DNA of 64,000 bases, taken from assembly GCA_016748015.1 (NCBI GenBank), contig JAAOMT010000618.1:65301-129300 (forward strand), read 5' to 3'. The notes under the pieces are model-generated. The model made no database searches, was not told the origin of the DNA, and saw nothing but the letters and a program-made list of their open reading frames with translations. Below are positions 1 to 12,635 of the stretch, piece by piece (within the stretch, counting starts at the first letter, position 1; each line of letters begins with the position of its first letter). A program made the translations under genes and the position numbers. This stretch comes from Geosiphon pyriformis uo1. Lineage: Eukaryota > Fungi > Glomeromycota.

Positions 1-92
1 CTTTTTGAATTAAATACTCTTGTCCTGTTGTCAATGCGAGATTGACAGATTGTTGACGATGATAACTCAAGTTTTTTACTGTTCCTAGTTTA

Positions 93-138
93 ATGAATTC
101 ACAATGGCATGGCATTTGCCGTGCCATTGTGAATTTAT
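93..138. repeat. 46-nt near-perfect inverted repeat (hairpin)
   Basis: ATGAATTCACAATGGCATGGCA (93-114) versus TGCCGTGCCATTGTGAATTTAT (117-138): 22-nt arms with two mismatches, both G-U compatible. Confidence 0.85.
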
Positions 139-3100
139 GTCACAGCGGAAAAATGGGTTGAAAGATGCCCACGATATTAATGATATTGAATATCACTTTC
201 CAATTAAAGCTTAGCATAATTTTGGGCTTAAAGAATCTGAGCCTCTTTCCTAATTTCCAAAAAATCAATAATCGTAACCATAAATAAAAAAATTTATCAC
301 CGTCTTTTGAGAAAAATTTTTCAAGAAGGATGTGATCTCTCGTGAAAAGCCTAATATTCGATGTTCAAAAGTTTTTGATTTTTTCCGTTCATTTTTTTTT
401 TTACGAAAATTAATAGAGGCACAATTATATAATTGCCCATGAAGCAGTGAAAGGTAAATCTTACCCAATCCCGAGATTCAGATCAGAAAGGTGCGCGATA
501 TCCTCTATGAAATCCCGTTTCTCATCGGATTGTGGATCTAATGGTGTGTTGACTCTTAAAGTATAACCTTTGTTATAAACTTTACAATTTCATCACTTGA
601 TAAATATTAAACACTTTGCTTAGCTATAATCTTTCTATAATAAGCTTACCAAGGCCAGAGTCAACTCCTCATCTCCATAATCTAAAATAAAGTTTTGACT
701 ATTGTTGTGACGATATTGGGTATTAATGAATTCATCCTAATTAAGTTCTATTATTGGGAAGATCTTTTTTGAATTGTTATGATCATCTTGGTCGAGGATG
801 CCACTTGAGCGTTTTTCCGCGATCTATGATGTAATAATGTGGCTCATTAGATATCAAGATAATGGAAACGAATTTCAGCTTTTAATACGCCACCCTCTGA
901 CCACATGCAGGAATTTTACCAATTGCCAATACTCGAATATGTCATTTTAACTATTCGAGAATAAAAAACTTGGGGAAAAAGATAGTCTTTAATTTTAGAA
1001 ACACTGTATCACACACACATACTTAAACATATGGCATCGACCCTTCCAATGTTTCTATTAGTCTAACAAATAAGTCAGGAAAGCGAGAATGGTTTAGCTT
1101 TTTTGTGGATCGTTTCTATTTTGTGTGTAAATCTGTATAGTGTCGTGTTTTGTTTTTATTTTCGTGCACTGTCGGAATTTAATGGCGCATCCTAATATGG
1201 TCACTGATTAAACTTAAAGCAACGTAATAAGTTTATTACATAATTAAGATTTAGACCCGAGTCAAATAGTCTCCTTGATGTTTTGATCAGAAAATTTATC
1301 ATCGATAAGTGGGATATCCTAAATTTTTTTTTATTGATAGTGGGAATGGCATTTGCCGGTTGAATTATTTGGGAAAAAAAGAATCTGTAATTTTCTTTTT
1401 TGAATACTTTCGTCATTGTTTTTTTGGAACAGTAGTGATTCAAGATGTTATGATAAATTGATCATGAGGAAATATAATATAGTGGAGTTTAAAATTCATA
1501 TTTTTAATTGTGATAGATTGACTCAAAAAATTTCTTGGATGATTAATGAACACTGTGGTTGATATAGATCAAAATCAATAGAAACCATCGCCTACTGCAA
1601 TTAGGTAAACTATTGCAGAAAAGTTGGATTGCAAGGAATTATACCTGTTTGAAAATAATTAGCTGACATCGATAAACAATGTAAAAATTGCGATTAGAAA
1701 AAATGTTTTCCACGCGACATTCAAATCAAAAAATAATAAATTCTAACCAAGTATTACCTGTCAAAAAAAAAAAAACAAGAGAAAAAATGGTCTAAAATAT
1801 TTCTGGCACCATTGAAACACTATATCCGATAAATGCAGATCATCGAGAAAGAAAATTCAGAAGTACAATATGGGAAAAAAATTTACAGGTTTGAGATTAG
1901 CGGCAAATGCCGAATTTTTGTATGATTCTAATCTGCGAGAGTCGGTTTTTATGCATTTTTAAAGAAAACTTGGCAAATCTGTAATTGGTATAAATATTTC
2001 TCGATCTTTTTTATTTGCTAGTGATATTAAACCCAAATTTAATGAAAATGATAAACTTACAAAAGACTAGATGGAAAACCTTTTTGTTTCAGATAAGGTT
2101 AAGTCTGTGTGATCAAAGGCAAATGATAATGAGGTAACATTGATCATGAGGGTGTTTTTTTTGTTTTTTTTGAATTCGCGTGAGGTGAGATGAGGTGATT
2201 TCTTTAATTTATGAATGAACCCATTAATGTATTTTTATTGTGTATTAGTTTCACCCTCTATTTTTTATTTTGTTCGTTTTTAAATGAAAAAAAGTCATGA
2301 TATAATTTCTTTAACAAAGAAAATTGAGTATTTTATTTTCCTTGAAATTTTTTCATTTTTTTTTTAGCATAAAGAACTGGGTATACTTGAGATGTTGGTT
2401 AAATCTCCATTAAAAAGTTTATTGTGTGTATCGAGAGGGTTTCATTGAAGCAAATTTGAGAGGATTTGGGAGCGATCAATGTTAAAATTACAGCTTTCAT
2501 TATTCCCAACACAGTATAACATAACATATAGTTAATTCTAAAAGGCCAAAACAGTTACTATAATGATAAAGTTGGAATATTATGGGAAAATCGCTAAATC
2601 TTTTTTTTTTCTATCGGAAAAATTCAAGTATTACAATAATCAACACAATTATCTTTTTGCATGATTACATCTGAAACGTCAAGTTTCGGTAGAGAAAATA
2701 CAAGGTGAAGAAATACGATTATACGATTAAACGATTATACGATAGTAATGATGGTTTATCAGAGATGAAAAGTTTAAACTATATTTTTGGAACATTTACA
2801 CCGTGTCAAAATAGTGTACTGTATTTTACGAGTTCAGCATTCATTTTGATTTTAGGAACTTTTTTGAGTAAATGATTTTTGATATGAAAAAATTTCCTAA
2901 ATTTCTAAATTTCATGATTATATAGAGAACAATCCCATCTTTTGCCAGTATTCAAGTATTCTGTCGCACAATATCTTACCCATGATGGCATTTATTTTTC
3001 CCACCGACATTTTTACCACGATAAGGAATAAACTCACATCAACAAATATAATTGTAAAAAGCTATTATCATCCTCAAAATCAACTTCTTCAACTTACTAT

Positions 3101-3351
3101 TACCTGCATATCACATCACCTGTTTGCTTGGATCATCGACCGATCAATTTTTCCTAATATATCAGTTCCAAGGAAAGTAGTGGCACTTACATCATGAGAG
3201 TAACCAGTCAAAATTGAAAACGACCACCCCGAGTCGATATTGATTATTTAATTTTTTTTATTACTATGTCTCACTTGAAAATTTTTTATCAGTTCCCCAC
3301 TTGAGTCTATAATAAAAGAAACCAGTTTTTATTGATTGATCATTTATATTT

Positions 3352-3355
<4 letters not shown>

Positions 3356-3394
<39 letters not shown>
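3356..3394 (+). repeat. poly(A) tract, 39 nt
   Basis: Uninterrupted A run; AATAAA at 3311-3316 upstream. Confidence 0.95.
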
Positions 3395-3396
<2 letters not shown>

Positions 3397-4388
3397 ACTT
3401 TCAAAAAACTATATGGCTCTTTCTGGGAATTTGAAATGAACAAAAAAAAGAAGTTTTTTTTTTTAAAAAAATATTATTTCTAATAAACTTTTCTTAATTA
3501 TAATAATAATAATATTTTTATTAATATTATAAATTAAATTAAATACAATAAATTTTTAATTATAATTAAAAAGTTTTTTAATAACAAAGTTATTAAATTG
3601 TTTAATATTTTAAATAAGTTTTAAAAATATTATAATAAAATATTATTGGCTTATTATTAAATCTACCAAATTTTTATTTAGATTTAAAATTTGTGTTTAC
3701 TTAATAAAAACAGGCTTAAGTTTTAATAATTTTTAAATTTATAATTAAAAAGATACTTTATTTAATATTTCTCTAATAACTCTTATTAAAACTGTTAGAA
3801 AAATTCTATTAAAGTTATTGTTTAATTATATTTTTATTATTTACAGTAAGCTTAATGTTTTTTAAAGTACAATTTTTTGGTCTTAAAAAGAACTATTTTT
3901 TTACCAATTTTTATAAATTTAGTAATAAAAAATATCTTAGAAAAAAATCATGAATTATGATTAGTTTTATAACATATATGCAAAACATATAATTTAAATT
4001 AATTATGTTTTTATCTTTGTTATTAAATTTATAATTGTATAAAAATATATTTAATTTATTATGCTTTCTAAAATAACTTATTATATTATATTTTTAATTA
4101 TATATAACACATAATTTACTTTTTTTGATTTTTTTTTGCCAAATTAAAATAAATTAATACCAAAATATTAAAACACATACATTAACAATTATTTTTTATT
4201 TTTTATTATCATGCATCTACGACCGCCATCTACAAATTAAGCACTTTTTACATGTGACCAGCCACCCATAATTATTTGTAAAGCTTATAAAACAATTAAA
4301 ATATTTGCTTTTTTATAATAAATAATTTATTGTAATTAAATTTATTTTTTTGTTTTTAATTAAAAATATACAATTCATTGGAGAAGGT

Positions 4389-5492
4389 ATGACTACACTC
4401 CCCACCGAAATACATCGTCTCTTCGAGGATCTTAACCGTCGACAACTAGAACTTGAGACAAGTGTTACCAGTTTGAAACATGTCTGTGACTTATTCAAGC
4501 AACAAGAACTTGCAGCTTACATTCGGCTAGGAATGAGAGAACTCGAGAAGCAACTTGAGGTTAGTTGGCGTTTTTTAATAGAAAGACTATTTTGCGAGCT
4601 CACTGTAGAAAAAGCTTTTGCAGTTCTTAATTAGCTCTACTTTATTGCTTCGTGATCAAATAGCATCTGAAGCAAACGGCCGAAGAACAAGACCGTGATA
4701 AAGACATTCAAGCAATTCTACAAAGACTGGAACGGAATCAAGAACAATTTAAACAGTGGGTTTGTTTTTCGACTCTCGTTTTTTCAGCAGTTACTGGTCC
4801 AATCCTTTCTATTTTGACACAAAACATTTTTTCCTTGTTACTCTTATAACTTATAAAGGCTTCAGGGATCTATACGTCAAGCTATTTTAATCTCGAATCA
4901 GAATATTGAAAAAGAGGCCAAGTTACAACTATTAGAAATCAGCGAGGGAAGAAAAGGAGAAGCATATGAATTAAGACGGCGTAACCTCACGTATTTAAAA
5001 TATTTAAAGCATTCAATTTTTTGAAGGATGAAACAATCCTTCCGTTCTTTTTAACCAAGACCAAAATTAACCCCATCATATTAGTTCAGATGATGCTGTT
5101 TTGAGGGCCACAGATGATGTAACAAAGACGTTACAGCGTACTGTCCAATTGATGCAGCAAGAAATTGAACGAAGCGCTTACTCTGCAAAATCTCTCGGTA
5201 CCTTTTCAAATTCTGCTCTATCCTTATTTTAATTCTCATTCACTAGAGCTTCTTTTCAGAGGATTCTTCGCGAACTTTAAAAACTACCTATAAGGAATTT
5301 CATGGCTTTACTGCCGTCGTGCGTGGCTCAAAGCAGCTAATTACAAAATTAGAGCAGAGTGACTGGACAGATAGGTTATTAATTTTGTTTGGCTTGTTGG
5401 TGTTTGTACTTGTTGTCCTTTCCATCTTGAAGAACCGTGTTCTAGATAAAGGAATTAGTTGGGTGACTTGGGTGACTTCTTGGATTATCTGA
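4389..5492 (+). CDS. SEC20: Sec20/BNIP1-like ER SNARE (5 exons, C-terminal transmembrane helix)
   Basis: Manual splicing at GT-AG sites gives MTTLPTEIHRLFEDL...ATDDVTKTLQRTVQLMQQEIERSAYSAKSLEDSSRTLKTTYKEFHGFTAVVRGSKQLITKLEQSDWTDRLLILFGLLVFVLVVLSILKNRV. This is the Sec20 domain plus TM. TGA at 5490-5492. Confidence 0.85.
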
Positions 5493-5871
5493 GCTACTAG
5501 TACTAAATTTTTTCGTTCTCGAGTTTTAATGACAGAAATATACAGCCGGGAGAATCATGGATGTTGATCAATTTCAGCGCCACGATCTTAACAAGTAAAT
5601 GCTTTGATATGGCAACCATAACCAAGAATGCAACTAGCTATACAGGGAGTGTGTTTCAACAATTCTGATCGCACTTTTGAAATTATTACCAGTAGAGCTG
5701 TAGTTTTATTACTTTGATTTTATTAATCCCTTCTAGATGTTTTTTTGGATTAGAGTGCATCACGAATTAAGTAAAAGGTAAAGCATCCCAGTCTTTTGTG
5801 ATAAATAATAAAAATTATCAGGGTTTCAATTTTGTATAGATGAGTATTTTTTCTTGCTTTTCAGTTGATAC

Positions 5872-7876
5872 TCAGCTTTTGAATTGATCTTCTGTAACTC
5901 CTTTGCCCATTGCTGCTGTTGAAGCAATACCCCCCTGTACAATTTTAACTTGAAAGAATGCCAAAAATTTTAGCGTCAATGTGATCATTAGTGAATACAA
6001 AAGACGAAACTGTGTTTTAACTTACTCAGAGAATCATAGTAGTTTGCACCCGACCAAGTTTGATGCTGCAACACTTCGACGCCGTTCTTCCGTTCAAGCC
6101 TTTGAATTCCAGAAATGTAAGCTAACATACCCTCCTTGGCGTAATTGCGGGCAAATACGTCTACAAAGCACAAATCAAATTTTTAGCCACGAATTTTGGT
6201 TTCATTCTTTTTGTTAAGGTGAAATGAAATCAAGAAATACCGATGCCTAATGCATTAGAATGCAGTCCTCCGAGTGTGATAAATTGCCAAACGAAGCCCA
6301 ATTGACCTAAATCGGATATGAAGCTCCGAATTTGTATATCCTTCAATCCAGCTTTTATTTTGATTATTAGGAACCGATGAGTTTTTGCTGCTGAAGCGGT
6401 ATCTCGAAATAAAATTATCCCAATTAAAATTACCTGCATCCCAGTTGAAACTTGGAGATAAATTGTACGCCAACCAAACATCCGGATGTTTACTCAATAC
6501 ACCTTAAGAGAGCAAAGAAATAATGATCGATGATCTAAGTTTAATCAATTAATTCAAAATAGCAAAAATTACCTTCAGAAAATTCTTTAGCCTGGGAATA
6601 GATGGGACTTTTTGTTTCCTAGATTAATTATACAAATAGATAATTGAGGTTTCTTGATGGACTTAAAATGAAAGAAGTTTAATGCCATTACCATCCATAA
6701 TAAATCAGAATAAGGAGCAAAGGCCACTGCTCGATTGATGGCGCATTTGGTGCCGCCCTGATAACGGTAAAACCCCTCTCGAGTACGAGGCAAGTCCCAA
6801 TTCCAGAAGATTTCGAAACCTAGCCGTTTAGCAAAAGATCTGGCTTGATCATTGGATAATTCCTCTTTTATTTCGTTCCATTGATTCAAGAGGTGATCCT
6901 TGTTTGGCTTGTTTGAGGTGTGGATGGCTTCGGCTATAGCGTCACCATAGAGCCTCAAACCAGCTTTTTGGATCCATTTATCTTCAATAGCAACCAATTC
7001 ATCACCAACCTTGCCATCAGCTTGGGCTTTATCTAAAACTTCGACAAGAGGTCGAAGATTGGGATTAGTAACCCCCAAAATGAAAGGATGATCTCGGTTA
7101 TCAATTGTTGAAGTAATCAAAGTAGCCGCCTCGGAATCAGTGCGAGCAACAATCAAATTTTCTACGCCCATTATATCATATTGAACACGAATAGCTATTA
7201 AGCGATTGATGTGCTCAGAGATCGGGACCAAAACTTTTCCAGCCATATGACCGCATTTCTTGGTACCAGGTGCTTGATCTTCAATATGAATTCCAGCGGC
7301 ACCACGTTCGACAAACATCTTTGTGAGTTTCAAGATTGCAGTAATACCACCATGGCCTGTATCAGCATCAGCAATTATTGGTCGTAAATAGTCGACAAAT
7401 GGAGTTTTTTCTCGTTGAGCTTTTGTGAGGCTAAAGCGTGCTTCACGTTGTTTACGGTCGTGAAACTGTTGTGCTAAAAACAAATGCTCTACTTTGTTAG
7501 GCACAGTATCCATGGGATAGTCGGCAAGGTCAGGCCCAGGTTCGTTTGAAGTCGAAGCCGTAGAAGAACACTGCCACCCTGAAACATAGACTGTCTCCAG
7601 GTACTTGGCCATTAGAGAAACTTGAACAGGGTCCAAAGCCCCAAAAGTATGGGAAGCTGTCTTGTTTTCATGGTGGGTTTTAAGAAGTTTCCAGAGCTTC
7701 TTGCCCTGTGTATCAGAGCCATATTGTTGCTGGAGATTACCCCGCTTTGAAACAATTTGTTCGGCAGTATATGGACGTTTTACTTTTCGAAAGCGCTCAG
7801 TTTTCCACCATCTTTCAACTTCGGCGACCTCAAAATCGAAAGCTTTTTGTTCTTGGGCAGCGAATTCGGCACTCAT
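5872..7876 (-). CDS. ICL1: isocitrate lyase (glyoxylate cycle), multi-exon
   Basis: Contains the KKCGH catalytic motif, [28 protein letters not shown] and QFITLGG (W/F/T residues indicate true ICL rather than methylisocitrate lyase). C-terminus [13 protein letters not shown]. First exon 7876-6692, followed by several short introns. Confidence 0.97.
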
Positions 7877-8100
7877 GGTATCCAAAAGTGCGATATTATG
7901 ATACCGAGTGGCAAAGTTTATTGATCAGTGATAAATATTTGGGATCTGACCTTGTGTTATCGGCCATCAACCTATATTGAGAAAATACCTGCAAGCCTCT
8001 TGCCATATTTGGCATCCCTAATGAGACAATGAACTTGCATTTAATTGAGAACAAATTCCCTATCGACCACCCTTTCTAACCTTAACTATTTTTACATAAG

Positions 8101-9177
8101 ATGGATGACTATAGACGTTTTCGACAACAGGGCAACCAAGGAGCTCGTAATGAGCTTTTTCAAGGCGCAACTCCAAACTATCAATCTTCGTATAGCCAGC
8201 AACAAGGCTATGGGCAACAAACCTATGGACAGGGTGGCTACCCTTCACCTTACGGTCAACAGCAACAACAGGAGGAGGAGGAAGATGTGGAATCAATCAA
8301 GACCCAGATAAAAACCACAAAACAAGAGTCTGTGGCTTCAACTGTACGGTCACTTCAGATGATTCAGCAAGCTGAAGAAAACGCTGCAAACACTCTGAAC
8401 AAACTCGGCGAACAAACTCGTTAGTAGACTGAATATTCGTAAATATGAGAAAATTTCTCCTTAATAGCTTTATTTTTCGTCCTTTGATAGAGCGTATTAA
8501 TTACACGGAGCGACAACTCGATCTCGCGGAGTCTCACGCGGAACGGGCTGATGCCCAAGCTGCTAAATTGAAGAAGGTTTGTTTATTTTTATACTAAAAC
8601 TGTTGGAACTTATCCCTTATTGAAACATGTATCCTATTAATCAGAAATTTTCTTGTGATAGATTAACGGTTCAATGTTTGGGTTTGATTTTTCAAACCCA
8701 CTTACAAAAGGCTCGCGTAGGAAAAAAGAATTGGCAAGAGTTGCTGCTATGCATGAAGAACAAACAAATAGTCGTGAACAAATGCGTGCGGGAAATTATG
8801 AATCAAAACAAAGAATTAATGAAGCGATTAAAACTGCTTCTCACTCGAATTACATTCAACCTGGTGTATCGAGCAATCGATCTCAGTTCCAATTTGAGGC
8901 TGATGAGGAAGACGATCAATTGGAAGACCAAATAGATAACAATTTAGATGCACTTTCATCCGGTCTGAATCGATTGAATGCTATGGTAAGTAATATTATC
9001 AAATTAATTTGGAGAGGGTATAATAGATTCTCACCATTTTATCTTCAATAATAGGCTGTCGCATCTGGCGAAGAAGTCAAGAGGCAAACCGAAGTCTTGG
9101 AACGTGTTAATAACAAAACTGGCGCTTTAGAAAGCCGTATTGTTGTCACCACTGCTAAGTTGAAAAAGATCAAATAA
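8101..9177 (+). CDS. SEC9: Sec9/SNAP-25-like Qbc SNARE (4 exons)
   Basis: ARNELF and a Q/Y/G-rich N-terminus. SNARE 1: IKTTKQESVASTVRSLQM...TLNKLGEQ. SNARE 2: FEADEEDDQLEDQIDNNLDALSSGLNRLNAMAVASGEEVKRQ. Exons about 8101-8419, 8491-8576, 8662-8985, 9055-9177. Confidence 0.9.
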
Positions 9178-9953
9178 ATCTTTAACCACGTATATTTCAA
9201 ATAGTTACTTCAAATTTGGGGTTTTTCTCAATATAAAATTTTAGATTTTTACTTTTATTTATCACAAATGATTTTTGGACATATTTTCTTTCATAGAATT
9301 GAATTTCGAAAATTTTGTTTTTGGACGAATCAAAAACGAGTGAATTGCTCTCTTCAAAATAATTTTTTATATTCTACGATTTGATTTATTTGATGCCTAA
9401 ATGACTCGATACTAAATAACCAGAATATTGAATCTTTCGTAATTATTACTATCAGGCACTATTCAAGTCAAAGGTATCTCTAAAATCTGGGCTTTTCTAG
9501 AAATCATATCTACGCTTTAAAATTCTTCAAGTTACGTCCCTTCTAAACTTCAAACTAGGTTACTTAGAAACATGCATCTAAATTGAAACAGTCCCGAACT
9601 TTGATAAATTCACCTTTTTTATGATTAAATATGAAAAGTGGATCTTGTAATTATTACCCAATCTCGCATTCTTGGTTTGAAGAAAAGTCGACTAAAATGA
9701 AAAGGTGTTCGTAGGAAAACGGGAAATTTCTGTTTTAGCAAATGAATTTATGAAAAATACCTACAAAAACAAAATCTAAATTAATTCCTTAAATGAGAAA
9801 CACTGGAATTAAAAATTTCCAGTGTAAAGAATAACTACATTTACACAAAGTTTTTAGAAGCAGAGCAGTTATCTTTGATGTTGTTGATAAACTTTCATGC
9901 CTAAGGCAAAATCAAGCAAAATAGCTATACAAAAGTTTCTACAACGGATCAAC

Positions 9954-11567
9954 TTAAAATAATTGTAGCTGTTGCCCGGATTCAATTCTCACAGCGGTCG
10001 TATTTGGAGAATTTTCAACGGTTTGATTCAATCCGAGATGCATTATATTATGCCGAGTCTCGGGATTTGAATTTTTATTTGATAATCTATCTTCAGGTTC
10101 CAAGAATCCTCCAGTCATAAAATTGGCTGCTTTAACATGTTCACTATTGGGGACTAAAACTCGTTCGTCAGTGAGTGTCATTTCGTGCGATGAATCGTAT
10201 CCTTTAATGTGATTTCTTTCATCATTTTTTGTAATCTGATCCTCATCTTCATTATAGATATCTTCAAGACCCTCTTCAAATCCAGAATCCATCCTTTCTT
10301 TCTTTCTTTTTTCATACCATTGATGTTTACGCTCTTTCCCCTTTAAAGAGGATAATTCTTTAACAATTTCTTCCCTTTCTTTTTCTAGCTCTAATATTGC
10401 CATTTGAGCTTTTTCGACACCAGCCGTATCATTATGTTCTTCTTTGGTCCGTTTTACCTCTTGTGCGAGCTCATATTGGACATCTTTTGTTTCAAGCTTA
10501 CGTTCAAGTTCAGTAATACGAGCATTACGAGATTCACTAGTCATCGCAGCATTAGCATTTCTTTTTTGTCTCAAAATTTCACGAGATGCCCTTTGACCTG
10601 GCTTCGGAGCATGAGGATTTAACTTGGAACGAGAAGCGCCACGTTTATACGTGTAGCCTTCGAGTAAAAGTTTTGCTTTTGCTTTTTCAAATAAAGATCC
10701 TTTATTTGCAACCAAAGCAGGATCGGCAAGTGCAAGCTCAATTGCTGCTTGATTAATAGCTTGTTCATATTGCGTTAACTGCCTGTCACTACCCTTACCA
10801 TATATTGTGGCATGTTGAACTATTACTTCACGCGAGACCGTGGGATTATTAATCAGGGTAAGGGTACTTGATGAAGGTTCATTGGGATTACTATTCATAT
10901 CATTATTTGAAATAGTAGAATTAGCACTATTAATTTGCGTAGGACTAGGTGATCGCTGGTTTGATATAGATACACTTTTTGAAGAGATGGGGGTAGCATT
11001 AGCCGTTAACTTGGCTTTTTTCCGTGGTGGACTTGGACCACTATGGATAGTTGTGGTATCTGTGATTTTGGCTTGGGTATAATTTTGAAGGGGTGTTGGT
11101 GCCGAGCTCGGAATACTTTGTAGCATTGATACTGGAACTGTATGATAGGGCGAGCATGGTGAGTTGCTAACGTTTCTTGAAATGTTAAGATTCATAGAGG
11201 ATCTAAGTTCTCGGATTCCTTTTTTAAAAGCTGCGGAATGGAACGGTTTCATTGTGATAGCCTCTAGCACTTCTTTTAACTCAGCTTCGTCAAACCCGAC
11301 CAATTGTTCTAAATCATTTTCTCCGACGCCAGCGTCAACAAATAGGTTATGATACCGGGTAAGGTTGAGTTGGTGCAAAAAATCGGAAAGAGTAGGGCAA
11401 CGAAACATTGATGAACTTGAAGGAGCGAATAGTGGAAATGGAGTTGGCACAAAATAAGCATTGTTGGATGCATAATTGGAACTGCTCAAGTGGGTCGCTC
11501 CAGTCAAGGAAGGATCGATGGAACCGAGACAAGAATCCTTATTTCCCTTGTTGGGTGTGGAAGCCAT
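9954..11567 (-). CDS. NAB (NGFI-A binding protein)-like protein: NCD1/SAM-like domain, NCD2-like domain, coiled coil
   Basis: Intronless 537-aa ORF. LSDFLHQLNLTRYHNLFVDAGVGENDLEQLVGFDEAELKEVLEAITMKPFHSAAFKKGIREL resembles NAB NCD1. ATIYGK...QLTQYEQAINQAAIELALADPALVANKGSLFEKAK resembles NCD2 (SAIYGR...LTLHE..VNEAA..LC..D..LL..R..LF..AR). Confidence 0.75.
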   Translation of the reverse strand: MASTPNKGNKDSCLGSIDPSLTGATHLSSSNYASNNAYFVPTPFPLFAPSSSSMFRCPTLSDFLHQLNLTRYHNLFVDAGVGENDLEQLVGFDEAELKEVLEAITMKPFHSAAFKKGIRELRSSMNLNISRNVSNSPCSPYHTVPVSMLQSIPSSAPTPLQNYTQAKITDTTTIHSGPSPPRKKAKLTANATPISSKSVSISNQRSPSPTQINSANSTISNNDMNSNPNEPSSSTLTLINNPTVSREVIVQHATIYGKGSDRQLTQYEQAINQAAIELALADPALVANKGSLFEKAKAKLLLEGYTYKRGASRSKLNPHAPKPGQRASREILRQKRNANAAMTSESRNARITELERKLETKDVQYELAQEVKRTKEEHNDTAGVEKAQMAILELEKEREEIVKELSSLKGKERKHQWYEKRKKERMDSGFEEGLEDIYNEDEDQITKNDERNHIKGYDSSHEMTLTDERVLVPNSEHVKAANFMTGGFLEPEDRLSNKNSNPETRHNIMHLGLNQTVENSPNTTAVRIESGQQLQLF

Positions 11568-12635
11568 TCTGTCAATTCAAACCCGCAAAGAAAGTGAGAA
11601 AAAAAGTCGAACCATTTTTACCAGTTGAGTGGCTAAAGCTAAAGTCTGTTTTAAGGAGTTGCTAAAAGTCTTTTTAGTCTATAAAAAGTTCAGCTTTTAC
11701 ATTAGACATACCTTTTAAAGGTGACGCGAGAAAGGTAGCTCAGGTGGTTTTGTCCAAAGTTAATGCGAGATAGTCAGTCAACTGTTCTGACGCTCGTTTT
11801 TCGATGATGTTTTCAGTTAGGAAGGTCAGTTCAAGAATATTATTAGGCTCGGCCCTTTTTATGAGGATAGGCAATATCAGATTAAAAAAGCAGTATTATC
11901 TGATGAGCTATTCAAATTCGGTCTCTCGACAGATGATAGGCTTGCAGTATAGGAAAATTTTTTTTGGCTCAAAAATTCCCAAATCAAAGGTTCTTATTAT
12001 GCCAAATTCCCGAGTCCTACAAATAAAAAACTGAAAAAGGAGATTTTTTGATTGTTCCTATGCCCCAGCTCTTGGCGACAAGCTGTAAATCACGGATTAA
12101 GGCGCTACCCATATGACAGGTACAATGACGCAAGATTTGGAAATTTTCGTTCGAGAGACCGACACTGGGTCAGTAAAGCAATTCACAATTTCCTAGATTG
12201 AAGACAAGCAAATTCGAGTCTTTACTCCAAGAATCAAGATTAAATAAGTTTGGACTCGAAATTGATCGCAAAATAGATGGATGAAGATTATGATAGATTT
12301 ATCTTACAAGGAGGTGTAGCACTAGCAGAGGTAACTAAGCAGCACACATGAATGAATGGATAATGAACACAAAGGTCTAAAAGAAAAAAAATAATTACAA
12401 ATAAAAATATATATTGGACAGAAACTGATCTTATTTTTGGCCAATCTAAAGTTTTTTGGGGACAAATTCCGATCCCTCCAGGAACTTTTTCTACCTTTCT
12501 CCACGTTGAACGGAAACTTTCATCAGTTCATTTGTATTAATTGAAAAAGTTTTCCTCGAATTTTTTGCATCATAAAGAAACTTCATATCGAGAATCATTA
12601 TCACCACATTTTCGTATAGGCAAATTGTACTTTTA

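Noticed and set aside
5818-5874. Stop-codon readthrough giving ICL a peroxisomal PTS1
   Set aside because: The context is TGA GTA rather than TGA CTA, and the extension ends ...TKLKP*, which is not an SKL-like tripeptide.
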